The notes beneath the pieces are model-generated. The model was not told the origin of the DNA, ran no database searches, and worked only from the letters and a program-made list of their open reading frames with translations. DNA of 64,000 nt from Bacilli bacterium (GTDB lineage Bacteria > Bacillota_I > Bacilli_A > RFN20 > CAG-826), in contig JAFSUM010000024.1 of NCBI GenBank assembly GCA_017445245.1, forward strand, positions 2,191 through 66,190, read 5' to 3'. Positions 52,521-61,206 of this stretch are shown here, piece by piece. Every line of letters starts with the position of its first letter. The first letter of the stretch is position 1. The translations under genes were made by a program, and so were the position numbers.

Positions 52521-53498
52521 TTACTCCTTGATGAGGACGCCTACGAGATGATTCAGCAATAAGCTGATTCGAATATTCGTTTCGATCTCCCCGCGCAAAG
52601 TCATGATGGCGAGAAGAGAGTTTTCGACGTGGGGCAGTTTATCTGCCGCCTCGGCCAATATCTTATCATAAGCGTTTAGCGAAGGGGGATTATGCGTTTT
52701 AATGGACACGATGTCCTTGAAAAAGAGGGCCAACAGGTCAAAAAAGAAGCGCGAGAGAGCCTTGGTCGTAAGGAGTGGGCCGACGTCGTGCTCCATGATG
52801 TAACGGGCAAAATGAAGACTGCGCGGCAAGGCGTCGATAAAGTCTACGGCCGCGTTTTTCAAATTGAGGTACGTTTCGTCTTTCGCTTTCAGGGCGATGA
52901 TGGACGGATCGTTATGGAAGAACGAAAGAATCGCCGCGTCTTCATGGGGAACCTCTAACTGCAACGCCCCTTCGTAGACCTCTTTTCTGGGAGTCAGAAT
53001 CATGCGCAGCTTTTCGCAACGGGAAAGAATGGTCGGAAGGACCTTGTCTTCGTTCTGCGTGGTCAAAATGGCGTATGTTCCGTCAGTAGGTTCTTCGAGG
53101 AACTTAAGAAGCGAATTCACGGCATCTGGTGTCATGTTTTCCACGAGATGGATGACGTAGACCATGATTCCTTTGCGTTCCAAGGGAGTCATCTGGAAGA
53201 GGTTAACGGCCTCTTTGATCTCATCTTTTTTGATGGATTCTTCTTCGCCGTTAAAGAAAACGAAGTCAGGATACTCCTGCCGTACGAAGCGTTCGCAGAT
53301 CGTGCATTCGGAACAGGCAAGGGGATTAGGGTGGTCGCAGAGGATGGACTGGGCCAAAAAGAGGGCCGTTTCTTTTAGGGGAATGCCAGGCTCGCCAGTC
53401 AGGATATAGGCATGAGCCAAGCGATTGCTATTTAACGAATAAGAAAATGATTTATAAACGAGGGGCTGTCTATTTTTGAGGTACTCGTTTACGTTCAT
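52521..53498 (-). CDS. holB: DNA polymerase III subunit delta'
   Basis: 325 aa. AAA+-like N-domain with degenerate P-loop (HAYILTGEPGIP), zinc module CSECTIC, and SRC motif. Confidence 0.85.
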   Translation of the reverse strand: MNVNEYLKNRQPLVYKSFSYSLNSNRLAHAYILTGEPGIPLKETALFLAQSILCDHPNPLACSECTICERFVRQEYPDFVFFNGEEESIKKDEIKEAVNLFQMTPLERKGIMVYVIHLVENMTPDAVNSLLKFLEEPTDGTYAILTTQNEDKVLPTILSRCEKLRMILTPRKEVYEGALQLEVPHEDAAILSFFHNDPSIIALKAKDETYLNLKNAAVDFIDALPRSLHFARYIMEHDVGPLLTTKALSRFFFDLLALFFKDIVSIKTHNPPSLNAYDKILAEAADKLPHVENSLLAIMTLRGEIETNIRISLLLNHLVGVLIKE

Positions 53499-54121
53499 TT
53501 GGCCAAGCGGTCCTTGATGGCCCTATAGGCGTCTTCGACGACTTCTTCGAGGCTCTTTGAGGCATCCAAAACGACAAAACGTTCCGGGTAGCGTTTGGCC
53601 AAGGAGAGGAAAGTCGCACGCACGCCTCGATGGAATTCGATTTTTTCGAGGTCGAGGCGGTTAACTTCGCGTTGGGCGTTCTTGGCGATACGTTCCAGAC
53701 CAAGTTCGGGCTCGATATCAAACAACAACGTCAAATCGGGATAGGTTCCCTCGGTGGCAAAGAGGTTCACGTTAAGAACTTCATCGATGCCTAGGCCTCT
53801 GGCGCCGCCTTGATAGGCCAAAGAGGAGTCCAAATAACGGTCGCAGAGGACGAGTTTGCCCTCTTTGATGGCGGGCCAAACTTTTTCGACCAGGTGCTGG
53901 CGGCGGCTTGCGGCATAAAGCAAAGCTTCCGTTCTGGCGTCCATGGCCGTGTTGGCACGGTCGAGGATGACGTTACGGATTTGTTCCGCGATAGGGGTAC
54001 CGCCGGGTTCGCGTGTCAAAACGGTCTGAAACCCTTCGGCGCGGAGCTTCTCGTCAAGAAGACGGAGGGCGGAGGATTTACCAGAACCCTCTCCACCTTC
54101 AAACGTGATAAATAAACTCAT
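53495..54121 (-). CDS. tmk: thymidylate kinase
   Basis: 208 aa. P-loop FEGGEGSGKS and DRY motif. Confidence 0.95.
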   Translation of the reverse strand: MSLFITFEGGEGSGKSSALRLLDEKLRAEGFQTVLTREPGGTPIAEQIRNVILDRANTAMDARTEALLYAASRRQHLVEKVWPAIKEGKLVLCDRYLDSSLAYQGGARGLGIDEVLNVNLFATEGTYPDLTLLFDIEPELGLERIAKNAQREVNRLDLEKIEFHRGVRATFLSLAKRYPERFVVLDASKSLEEVVEDAYRAIKDRLAK

Positions 54122-54714
54122 AGAGATCTCCTTCCCTCCAAGGCGCGGGATAACGTTAGGCTATCAGCAAACTCCAAGGACGAGCCGACCGGCAGACCAT
54201 AGCCTAGCCGGGATACTTTTACTTCAAACGGTTCTAATATTTTGGCGAGGAAGAGGGCGGTGGTTTCACCTTCTAGTGTAGGCGCGGTCGCGACGATGAT
54301 TTCCTTGATTCCTTCCTCGACGATGCGGGACTTGAGTTCCTCGATACGTAGACTCTCCGGTCCGATTCCCTTCGCAGGGGCGATGAGGCCCCCGAGGACA
54401 TGATAGGTTCCACGGTAATCGTTTACCCCTTCGAAAGCGACGGCTTCCTTCGCGGTCGCGACGACGAGGCAAAGGGATTTGTCGCGGTTAGAATCCTTGC
54501 AAATCTCGCAGAGGTCATCTTCGGTATAAAGCCCGCAATTTGGACATTTGTGAACCGATTTTGCAGCGTTTTCTATCGCAGATGCGAATTCAAAAGCGTC
54601 CTCTTCTTTCATTTCCAAGACGCTGGAAGCCATACGCTCGGCGGAACGGGTTCCAACACCTGGGAGTTTGCGGAAGGAATCAACGAGAGCAACGTAGGTC
54701 GGCAGTTCTTTCAT
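54118..54714 (-). CDS. recR: recombination protein RecR
   Basis: 198 aa. HhH N-terminus, C4 zinc finger CPNCGLYTEDDLCEIC, Toprim domain. Confidence 0.95.
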   Translation of the reverse strand: MKELPTYVALVDSFRKLPGVGTRSAERMASSVLEMKEEDAFEFASAIENAAKSVHKCPNCGLYTEDDLCEICKDSNRDKSLCLVVATAKEAVAFEGVNDYRGTYHVLGGLIAPAKGIGPESLRIEELKSRIVEEGIKEIIVATAPTLEGETTALFLAKILEPFEVKVSRLGYGLPVGSSLEFADSLTLSRALEGRRSL

Positions 54715-55013
54715 TAGAACAAGCCGTTCTTTCCGGTGACGCGTTCTTCGATGGCGTCGTTCTCGGCGTCGATGGCTTCCAAGGCCTCGTTGAGGGCGAG
54801 GGTGATGGTCTCGGCGAGGAGTTCGGCGTTCTCGGGATCGAGGGCGTCCTTGTCGATGTTGAGTTCTTTGACGGTGCGGTTGCCCATCATGGTGAGTTCA
54901 ACCATGCCGTTTTTCGAGACGTGGAATTCTTTCGCGTCAAGGGCGGCGTGGGCCTTCTGAAGCTCACGCTGCATGCGCTGAGCATTCATGAGCATTTGCT
55001 GCATCTGGTTCAT
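54714..55013 (-). CDS. ybaB: nucleoid-associated protein YbaB/EbfC
   Basis: 99 aa. MQQMLMNAQRMQRELQ N-terminus. Lies between dnaX and recR. Confidence 0.9.
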   Translation of the reverse strand: MNQMQQMLMNAQRMQRELQKAHAALDAKEFHVSKNGMVELTMMGNRTVKELNIDKDALDPENAELLAETITLALNEALEAIDAENDAIEERVTGKNGLF

Positions 55014-56935
55014 TATTTCTTTCCTCCTATTGGCAGATTGAGATGAATATCTTCTGGGTTAGGCAATTGATTGATTTGCTTCAGGCTGAAGTAGGTGGTC
55101 TGAAGGCGGTTGGAATCGTTACGGTCCAACGCATAGATGAAGACGGGCTTACCGAGGATCGGGGTGATCAACTTGGCGAGGGCGTCTTGGTTTTCGCGGA
55201 TATTGAGCATGTCCTTCTGGCGGGTGAAGTTGTAGTTCACCAAGAGGGCTTGTTCGCAGATGCAGAAGGGACGGCCTTCCCCTAATAGGGCCGCGATTTG
55301 GCCAACCTCGGGGTCGAAGCGACGGTCGCTGATTTCGCTCCATCTCTGGAAGAGGGCTTGCCTCTGCGGCTTGTATTTGCTGCCCAAGACCATGATCTCG
55401 ACGATGGTTTTGTCATCGAGTACCACGGGAGTTCCAGAAGGCATAATCGGTTTTTGCGGCGTTTTCTCTTCTTTCTTCGCCATTTGTTCGAAGATGGGAC
55501 GGGGATCCGGTTTAGGCTCAGGCTTGAGTTCTGGCTTCTTTTCGGGAATCACGGGCTCGGGCTTTTTCTCTTCAAATAGCGGCGCAGGTTCGGGTTTCGG
55601 TTCCGGCGTTGGTTCAGGTTTGGAGTCGACTACGGGAACGGGTTCCGGCTCGGACTCTTCCTCCTTATCGTCAAAAAGCCAATCGGGGGCTTTCGACCCG
55701 GAGTAGATGCCAGTAGGCTCCGCTTCGGCCGCGGGCTTCGGCTCAGGCTTAGGTGCTTCGACCACGGGTTCCGGCTTCTTTTCAATGACGATAGGTTCGG
55801 GCTGCTTAACTGGTTTGGGCTCCTCGACTTTGGGTGCGACATAAACCGCCGGGGCATCTCCAAACAAGGAGGCGAGGCGGATTAAAGTCAGCTCGAAGAG
55901 GGAACGGATGTTCGCGACGGACTTGGCATCGATTTGGAACTTCAAAAGGATGTCGATCATCTCGTTGGCGCGTTTGGGATCAATCGTGGCCAATAAGGTC
56001 TTAACCTCGTCTTCACTGGCTTCCTGGAGGAAGGTCTTTTTGCCTGTTTTGGCATAGACGAGACAGTCTTTCAGGATATTAAGAAGCGAAGAAGAAAGGC
56101 GTTTGATGTCGATACCACTGGAGAGGAATTCTTCCGCTAGAGCCAAACATTCGACAATCGAATTGGCGGCAATCAGCTGAAGGAGGTGCGTCTTCTGGGC
56201 ACTTGAAGCGAGACCAAAGACATCCAAGACATCTTTTTCTTTTAGGGAATTGCCACCATAGGCGAGAGCTTGGTCGAGAATGGAAAGGGCATCGCGCATG
56301 CCGCCATCGGCAAGAGTTACGATGCATTGGAGGGCAGCGGGTTCGTAGGCGACGCCTTCCTGGTTGAGGATCCATTCGAGCTTCTCGGCGATGTCTTTGT
56401 CATCGATTTTTGCAAAGTCGTACCGCTGGCAGCGGGAGACGATAGTGGGCAGGACTTTATGGGGTTCGGTCGTGGCCAAAATGAAGATAACGTGCTCGGG
56501 CGGTTCTTCTAGCGTCTTAAGTAACGCGTTGAAAGCGCCCTGGCTCATCATATGGACTTCGTCGATGATGTAGATTTTGTATTTGCCCTTAATGGGGGAG
56601 TAACGGACCTTGTCGATAAGGTCGCGAACCTGCTCGACACCGTTGTTCGAAGCGGCATCGATTTCGATGACATCCGGGTGCGAAGAAGAATTCATCGCAA
56701 GGCAGTTTTCGCAATGATTGCATTGATGCCCGAGGCCTTCTTCGCAGTTGAGCGCTTTGGCAAAAAGACGGGCCATGGACGTTTTCCCGGTGCCGCGGGG
56801 CCCACAAAATAGATATGCGTGAGCAATTTTATTGTTGCTAATCGCGTTTTTCATCGTGCGGACAATCGCCCGCTGACCAGCCACTTCCTCAAAAGTGGTA
56901 GGCCGATATTTGTTGTAGAGTGCTTTGTATGCCAT
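55013..56935 (-). CDS. dnaX: DNA polymerase III subunit gamma/tau
   Basis: 640 aa. Walker A GPRGTGKTS, zinc module CNHCENC, Walker B IIDEVHM, SRC. A long P/E/K-rich linker, then a tau-type C-terminal domain. Confidence 0.95.
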   Translation of the reverse strand: MAYKALYNKYRPTTFEEVAGQRAIVRTMKNAISNNKIAHAYLFCGPRGTGKTSMARLFAKALNCEEGLGHQCNHCENCLAMNSSSHPDVIEIDAASNNGVEQVRDLIDKVRYSPIKGKYKIYIIDEVHMMSQGAFNALLKTLEEPPEHVIFILATTEPHKVLPTIVSRCQRYDFAKIDDKDIAEKLEWILNQEGVAYEPAALQCIVTLADGGMRDALSILDQALAYGGNSLKEKDVLDVFGLASSAQKTHLLQLIAANSIVECLALAEEFLSSGIDIKRLSSSLLNILKDCLVYAKTGKKTFLQEASEDEVKTLLATIDPKRANEMIDILLKFQIDAKSVANIRSLFELTLIRLASLFGDAPAVYVAPKVEEPKPVKQPEPIVIEKKPEPVVEAPKPEPKPAAEAEPTGIYSGSKAPDWLFDDKEEESEPEPVPVVDSKPEPTPEPKPEPAPLFEEKKPEPVIPEKKPELKPEPKPDPRPIFEQMAKKEEKTPQKPIMPSGTPVVLDDKTIVEIMVLGSKYKPQRQALFQRWSEISDRRFDPEVGQIAALLGEGRPFCICEQALLVNYNFTRQKDMLNIRENQDALAKLITPILGKPVFIYALDRNDSNRLQTTYFSLKQINQLPNPEDIHLNLPIGGKK

Positions 56936-56949
56936 TGGCGTAAATTATA
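56935..56949 (-). promoter_or_regulatory. putative -10 box placed for a leaderless dnaX mRNA
   Basis: Minus strand reads TATAAT (56949-56944), 8 nt ttacgcca, ATG (56935). No SD. Confidence 0.4.
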
Positions 56950-57017
56950 ACCGCGAAGAGAGTTCCTTCCTAGGGTCTAATCAAAGATTAGTAAGCGTTT
57001 ATCGTTTGAAAGCGAAA

Positions 57018-57026
57018 TGATATAAT
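57018..57026 (+). promoter_or_regulatory. putative extended -10 promoter of prfA
   Basis: TGaTATAAT. A GAGGAA SD (57033-57038) lies 8 nt before ATG 57047. Confidence 0.4.
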
Positions 57027-57046
57027 CCCGCCGAGGAATTCTAACG

Positions 57047-58135
57047 ATGGAAGAATCGATGCGTAAACGCCTGGAAGCGACCAGGTCTAGATATGAGGCA
57101 CTAGAGGAAGAACTCGGCCGCGAAGATGCGGCGGATGACCTCGCCTCCTTTACCAAAAAAACCAAGGAACAAAGCGACCTGCGCGAGGCCTATGAAGCCT
57201 ATTTGCAGTATTTGAAAGCCGAACAAGATGTCGCGGATTCCTTTGAACTTGAAGCCGATCCCGAGATGGCCGAATTTGCCAAAGAGACCCGCAAGGCCGC
57301 CCAAAGCGTTATGGAGGACCTCGAAGGAAAATTCAAAATCATCCTCCTGCCGAAAGATCCTAATGACGATAAAAACATCATCGTTGAAATCCGCGGTGCG
57401 GTCGGAGGCGATGAGGCGAACCTCTTCGCGGGCGACCTCGTGCGCATGTATTCAAAATATGCTGAAAAGCAAGGGTGGAAGATTCAATTCCTCGATGCCG
57501 CTTTAGGGGCCGCGGGAGGCTATGCTTCCGTCTCCTTTATGATCAAGGGCGAATCCGTCTATTCCAAACTCAAATTCGAATCCGGCGCCCACCGGGTCCA
57601 GCGTGTTCCGAAGACCGAAGCCAGCGGCCGCATCCACACCTCAACCGCGACCGTTTTGGTCATGCCGGAAGCGAAAGAAGTCGACGTCCAAATCAACCCC
57701 GCGGACCTCAAAATCGATACCTATCATTCCCAAGGTGCGGGTGGCCAAAACGTCAATAAGACCGAATCCGCGGTTCGTATCACCCACCTTCCGACGGGCC
57801 TAGTCGCGGCTTGCCAAACCGAAAAGGCCCAGTTGCAGAACAAGGAAATCGCCATGCAGATGATCCGTGCGAAAGTCTTTGCTTACTTCCAAGAGCAAGA
57901 AGACGCGAAACGTGCGACCGAGCGCAAACTCAAAGTCGGCACTGGCGAACGTTCCGAGAAAATCCGTACCTACAACTATCCGCAAAACCGCGTCACGGAT
58001 CACCGCGTTGGCTATACCGTGAACCAGCTCGACCGCATCATGGAAGGCGACCTCGACGGAATCATCGAGGCCCTTATCCATTACGACCAAGAACAGAAGC
58101 TGCTCGAAGAGGCTTCCGGAGGCGCGAATGCCTAA
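57047..58135 (+). CDS. prfA: peptide chain release factor 1
   Basis: 362 aa. RF1-type PxT tripeptide (PKT) and GGQ motif (SQGAGGQNVNK). Confidence 0.95.
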   Translation: MEESMRKRLEATRSRYEALEEELGREDAADDLASFTKKTKEQSDLREAYEAYLQYLKAEQDVADSFELEADPEMAEFAKETRKAAQSVMEDLEGKFKIILLPKDPNDDKNIIVEIRGAVGGDEANLFAGDLVRMYSKYAEKQGWKIQFLDAALGAAGGYASVSFMIKGESVYSKLKFESGAHRVQRVPKTEASGRIHTSTATVLVMPEAKEVDVQINPADLKIDTYHSQGAGGQNVNKTESAVRITHLPTGLVAACQTEKAQLQNKEIAMQMIRAKVFAYFQEQEDAKRATERKLKVGTGERSEKIRTYNYPQNRVTDHRVGYTVNQLDRIMEGDLDGIIEALIHYDQEQKLLEEASGGANA

Positions 58136-58973
58136 GATCTATGACGTCTACCTTCAGGCGATGAAGGAAGGCAAGGAAAAAGGGGTCACATCGCAGGACC
58201 TCCGCGTCTTAATCGCCCACGAAATGGGGTATCCTGCGCCTATTGACACCCTCTATCATAAAGATGACGAATTTACGCAAAACGAGATTTTTCAAAAGGA
58301 TTTTGCGCGGTTATTAAATGGTGAACCTGTCGAATATATCATTAATAAAGCCACGTTTTTACAACACGATATCTATGTAGATCGCCGCGTTTTGATTCCG
58401 CGGATGGAGACCGAAGAATTGGTCGCCAACCTCTCGGAGATGATCATGGATTATTATGATCCGAGGAACTATTTGGTCGTCGCAGATATCGGGACGGGGT
58501 CGGGCGCGATTTCCGTTGCGCTGCATTCCTTCTTCCCTAATTGGCTCATCACTGCAAGCGACGTCTCCCAGGATGCCTTGGAAGTCGCGAAGAAAAACTT
58601 CGAGACCTATCACGCGCCAGTACGCACTCTTCTTGGCGATGGCCTTTCCCCTTATATCGAGGCGCATATGAACCTCGACGTCATCGTTTCGAACCCTCCC
58701 TATATTCTTAATAAGGAAGAAGTCCAGGAATCCGTTAAGCGTTTCGAACCCGAGACAGCTCTTTATCTCGACAAAGAACATTCGGTGTACGAAGACATCT
58801 TCAAGAACTATAAGAAGGTTAAGAAAGGCACCCTCCTGATGGCCTTTGAGATCGGGTACGACCTAGAAGACTATCTCACCGATCTTATGCGAAAATACTT
58901 AGAGGACTACGAATTCAAGTTCGTCAAAGACCTCAATGGATTAATGCGCTTCTTATTCGTGTTTTGCAGGTGA
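58128..58973 (+). CDS. prmC: release factor glutamine N5-methyltransferase PrmC
   Basis: 281 aa. SAM site DIGTGSGAI and catalytic NPPY. 8-nt overlap with prfA. Confidence 0.9.
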   Translation: MPKIYDVYLQAMKEGKEKGVTSQDLRVLIAHEMGYPAPIDTLYHKDDEFTQNEIFQKDFARLLNGEPVEYIINKATFLQHDIYVDRRVLIPRMETEELVANLSEMIMDYYDPRNYLVVADIGTGSGAISVALHSFFPNWLITASDVSQDALEVAKKNFETYHAPVRTLLGDGLSPYIEAHMNLDVIVSNPPYILNKEEVQESVKRFEPETALYLDKEHSVYEDIFKNYKKVKKGTLLMAFEIGYDLEDYLTDLMRKYLEDYEFKFVKDLNGLMRFLFVFCR

Positions 58974-58977
58974 GCCT

Positions 58978-60021
58978 ATGGAAACAACAATCGTTACGTG
59001 GAATGACAAACCTCTGATCGTCGCGGCTTTGCGCAAAGGGAAAGTCATCGCTTTCCCGACCGAGACCGTCTATGGCCTAGGGGTTATTTCTTCTTCGGCA
59101 AAGGCGTACGAAGCCTTGCGCGAGGCCAAGAATAGGCCCGCGGAGAAACCTATCAGTTTGATGTGCTCTTCCATTACTCAAGCGGTGATGCACTGCGAAA
59201 TTAATGTCGGTACGCTTGGACTACTTCAAAGCATCCTTCCGGGCGAAGTGACGCTTTTATTGCCCTCTAGGAAGGGGATTAAACATCATATTGATCTTGA
59301 AACGGGCGTGACTGGTATCCGCATTCCGGATTCCGAGGATGTCCGCGACATTATCGAAGCGGTGGGACAGCCTCTTCTAGTGACTTCCGCTAATCTGGCT
59401 GGCGAACCTGTTTGTAAGGATTTCGAAGAAGTGAAACGCGTCTTTGATGGCCGCATTGACATGATTGTCGTCGGGGAATGCCGTTCTCAGATTCCTTCTA
59501 CCATCATCGACTGCACGAAAGAAGAGCTCTCTCTAATTCGTCAAGGAAGCATTGCCTTAGAAGACGCTAAACGCATTCACGCCTCTTCTAAAATGGCCAT
59601 TGCCTTGGGCTCGGATCATGGTGGTTATCTTTATAAAAAGGCCATCCGTAAACACCTGTTGGAACGCGGGTTCATCGTTCACGATTACGGGACCAAATCG
59701 AAAGCCTCCTGCGACTATCCGATATTCGCCCAAAAGGCGGCAAAGGCGGTCGTGGACGGAACCGATGATCTCGGCATTTTGGTTTGTACTTCTGGGGAAG
59801 GCATCGCCATCGCGGCAAACAAGACCCCCGGCGTCCGCTGCGGCATCGGCTATGACGATGTAGCCACGGGCAAAACACGCGAGCACAATAATGCGAATAT
59901 GATTGCTTTCGGGCAAGCCTATATGAAGAAGAAGGACGTCCTTCGTCGCGTCGATATTTTCCTTGCCGAGACGTTTTCGAAACTCGAAAAACACCATAGG
60001 CGTGTATGCGAAATTGAATAA
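58978..60021 (+). CDS. fusion protein: TsaC/YrdC-type L-threonylcarbamoyladenylate synthase domain + ribose-5-phosphate isomerase B (RpiB/LacAB) domain
   Basis: 347 aa. Residues 1-200 are YrdC-like (AFPTETVYGLG, TSANLAGEP, STIID). Residues 206-347 are RpiB-like (IALGSDHGG, CTSGEGIAIAANK, REHNNAN). No stop codon between the two halves. Confidence 0.8.
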   Translation: METTIVTWNDKPLIVAALRKGKVIAFPTETVYGLGVISSSAKAYEALREAKNRPAEKPISLMCSSITQAVMHCEINVGTLGLLQSILPGEVTLLLPSRKGIKHHIDLETGVTGIRIPDSEDVRDIIEAVGQPLLVTSANLAGEPVCKDFEEVKRVFDGRIDMIVVGECRSQIPSTIIDCTKEELSLIRQGSIALEDAKRIHASSKMAIALGSDHGGYLYKKAIRKHLLERGFIVHDYGTKSKASCDYPIFAQKAAKAVVDGTDDLGILVCTSGEGIAIAANKTPGVRCGIGYDDVATGKTREHNNANMIAFGQAYMKKKDVLRRVDIFLAETFSKLEKHHRRVCEIE

Positions 60022-60060
60022 TTTTCTTCAAGTTGAGCAAAAACGAACTATAGAAGGGGT

Positions 60061-61206
60061 GTGAAGACCCCTTTTATTTGTCCGCGCTGCGGAAACAAAG
60101 ATCCCGACTACATCGGAATCAAAAACGGCAAGCCCTATTGCCGTAGATGCATCGCCTTTCATGGCGAGATGGCTCCGCCCGTTTCTCCAAAGGAAAAAAC
60201 GGTGAAACTATGCCTTTCCTACTCGCTGTCTGAGGAGCAAAAAGCCTTATCTGATCGCATCGTGTTCAACTTTAAACGAGGAGTAAACACGCTCGTTTAC
60301 GCCGTATGCGGTTCAGGCAAGACGGAAATATCCTATGGCATCATTGGTTACGCGATGTCACGAGGGATGACGGTGGGATTTGCCTTACCACGCCGCGATG
60401 TTGTCATTGAACTATACGACCGCATCAAGAGTGCTTTCCCCGGCAATAAGGTCATCGCTGTCTACGGCTCTCATAATGATGACCTTACTGGCGACTGTAT
60501 CGTGCTGACCACGCATCAGCTCTATCGCTATCCCAAGTATTTTGACTTGCTCGTTTTAGATGAAATCGATGCTTTTCCCTTTAAGGGAAGCGACGTTCTC
60601 GTGGGCTTCTTTAGAACTTCGTTACGCGGTAATTGCGTCATGATGTCCGCCACGCCTTCAAAACAAGTAGTGGAGGAGTTTAGGAAACCAGGTCATGAAA
60701 TACTGACTTTACGTACTCGGTTTCACAAGAACCCGATTCCCGTACCTCAATCGAAAATCGCCATAGGCCCTTTGAAATACGTCTTCTTAATTCGACGTCT
60801 CCTCCGGTATCGGAAGGAAGGGAAACAATGCTTTGTTTTCGTTCCGACAGTCGCGATGAGTCGGAACGTGTATGGCGTCGTGAAGTATTTCGTTAAGGGT
60901 GGCGACTACGTTTCCAGCAAAAGAGAAGGGAGGGCGAGAATCATCGCGGATTTCAAAAACGGGAAACTGACTTATCTAGTTACGACCGCCGTTTTGGAAC
61001 GCGGCATCACCGTGGCCAATCTTCAGGTCATCGTCTTTGGGTCGGATAACCGCATTTACGATGAAGCCGCCCTGATTCAAATTGCCGGCCGTGTCGGGCG
61101 TAAAGCGGCGGCGCCAGACGGGGACGTCGTCTTTTTGGCCAACCAGGAAAGCGAGGGGATGAAACGTGCCATCAAAGAAATCCGCTACTGCAATACCTTT
61201 CTGTAA
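60061..61206 (+). CDS. comFA: ComFA-like DEAD/DEAH-box helicase (competence/DNA-uptake ATPase)
   Basis: 381 aa with GTG start. N-terminal zinc finger CPRCG...CRRC, Walker A CGSGKTE, DEID box, motif VI QIAGRVGR. Confidence 0.8.
   Translation: MKTPFICPRCGNKDPDYIGIKNGKPYCRRCIAFHGEMAPPVSPKEKTVKLCLSYSLSEEQKALSDRIVFNFKRGVNTLVYAVCGSGKTEISYGIIGYAMSRGMTVGFALPRRDVVIELYDRIKSAFPGNKVIAVYGSHNDDLTGDCIVLTTHQLYRYPKYFDLLVLDEIDAFPFKGSDVLVGFFRTSLRGNCVMMSATPSKQVVEEFRKPGHEILTLRTRFHKNPIPVPQSKIAIGPLKYVFLIRRLLRYRKEGKQCFVFVPTVAMSRNVYGVVKYFVKGGDYVSSKREGRARIIADFKNGKLTYLVTTAVLERGITVANLQVIVFGSDNRIYDEAALIQIAGRVGRKAAAPDGDVVFLANQESEGMKRAIKEIRYCNTFL

Noticed and set aside
55013-56935. Programmed -1 frameshift in dnaX producing a gamma subunit
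   Set aside because: No A-AAA-AAG-type slippery heptamer with a downstream stem was found on the coding strand. The closest run is GAG AAA AAG CCC, with only five A residues.
56936-57046. SRP RNA (ffs/scRNA) upstream of dnaX, as in Bacillus
   Set aside because: The dnaX-prfA spacer is 111 nt, AT-rich and occupied by two divergent promoters. I see no extended helix or conserved domain IV-like GGAA/AGCA loop motifs.
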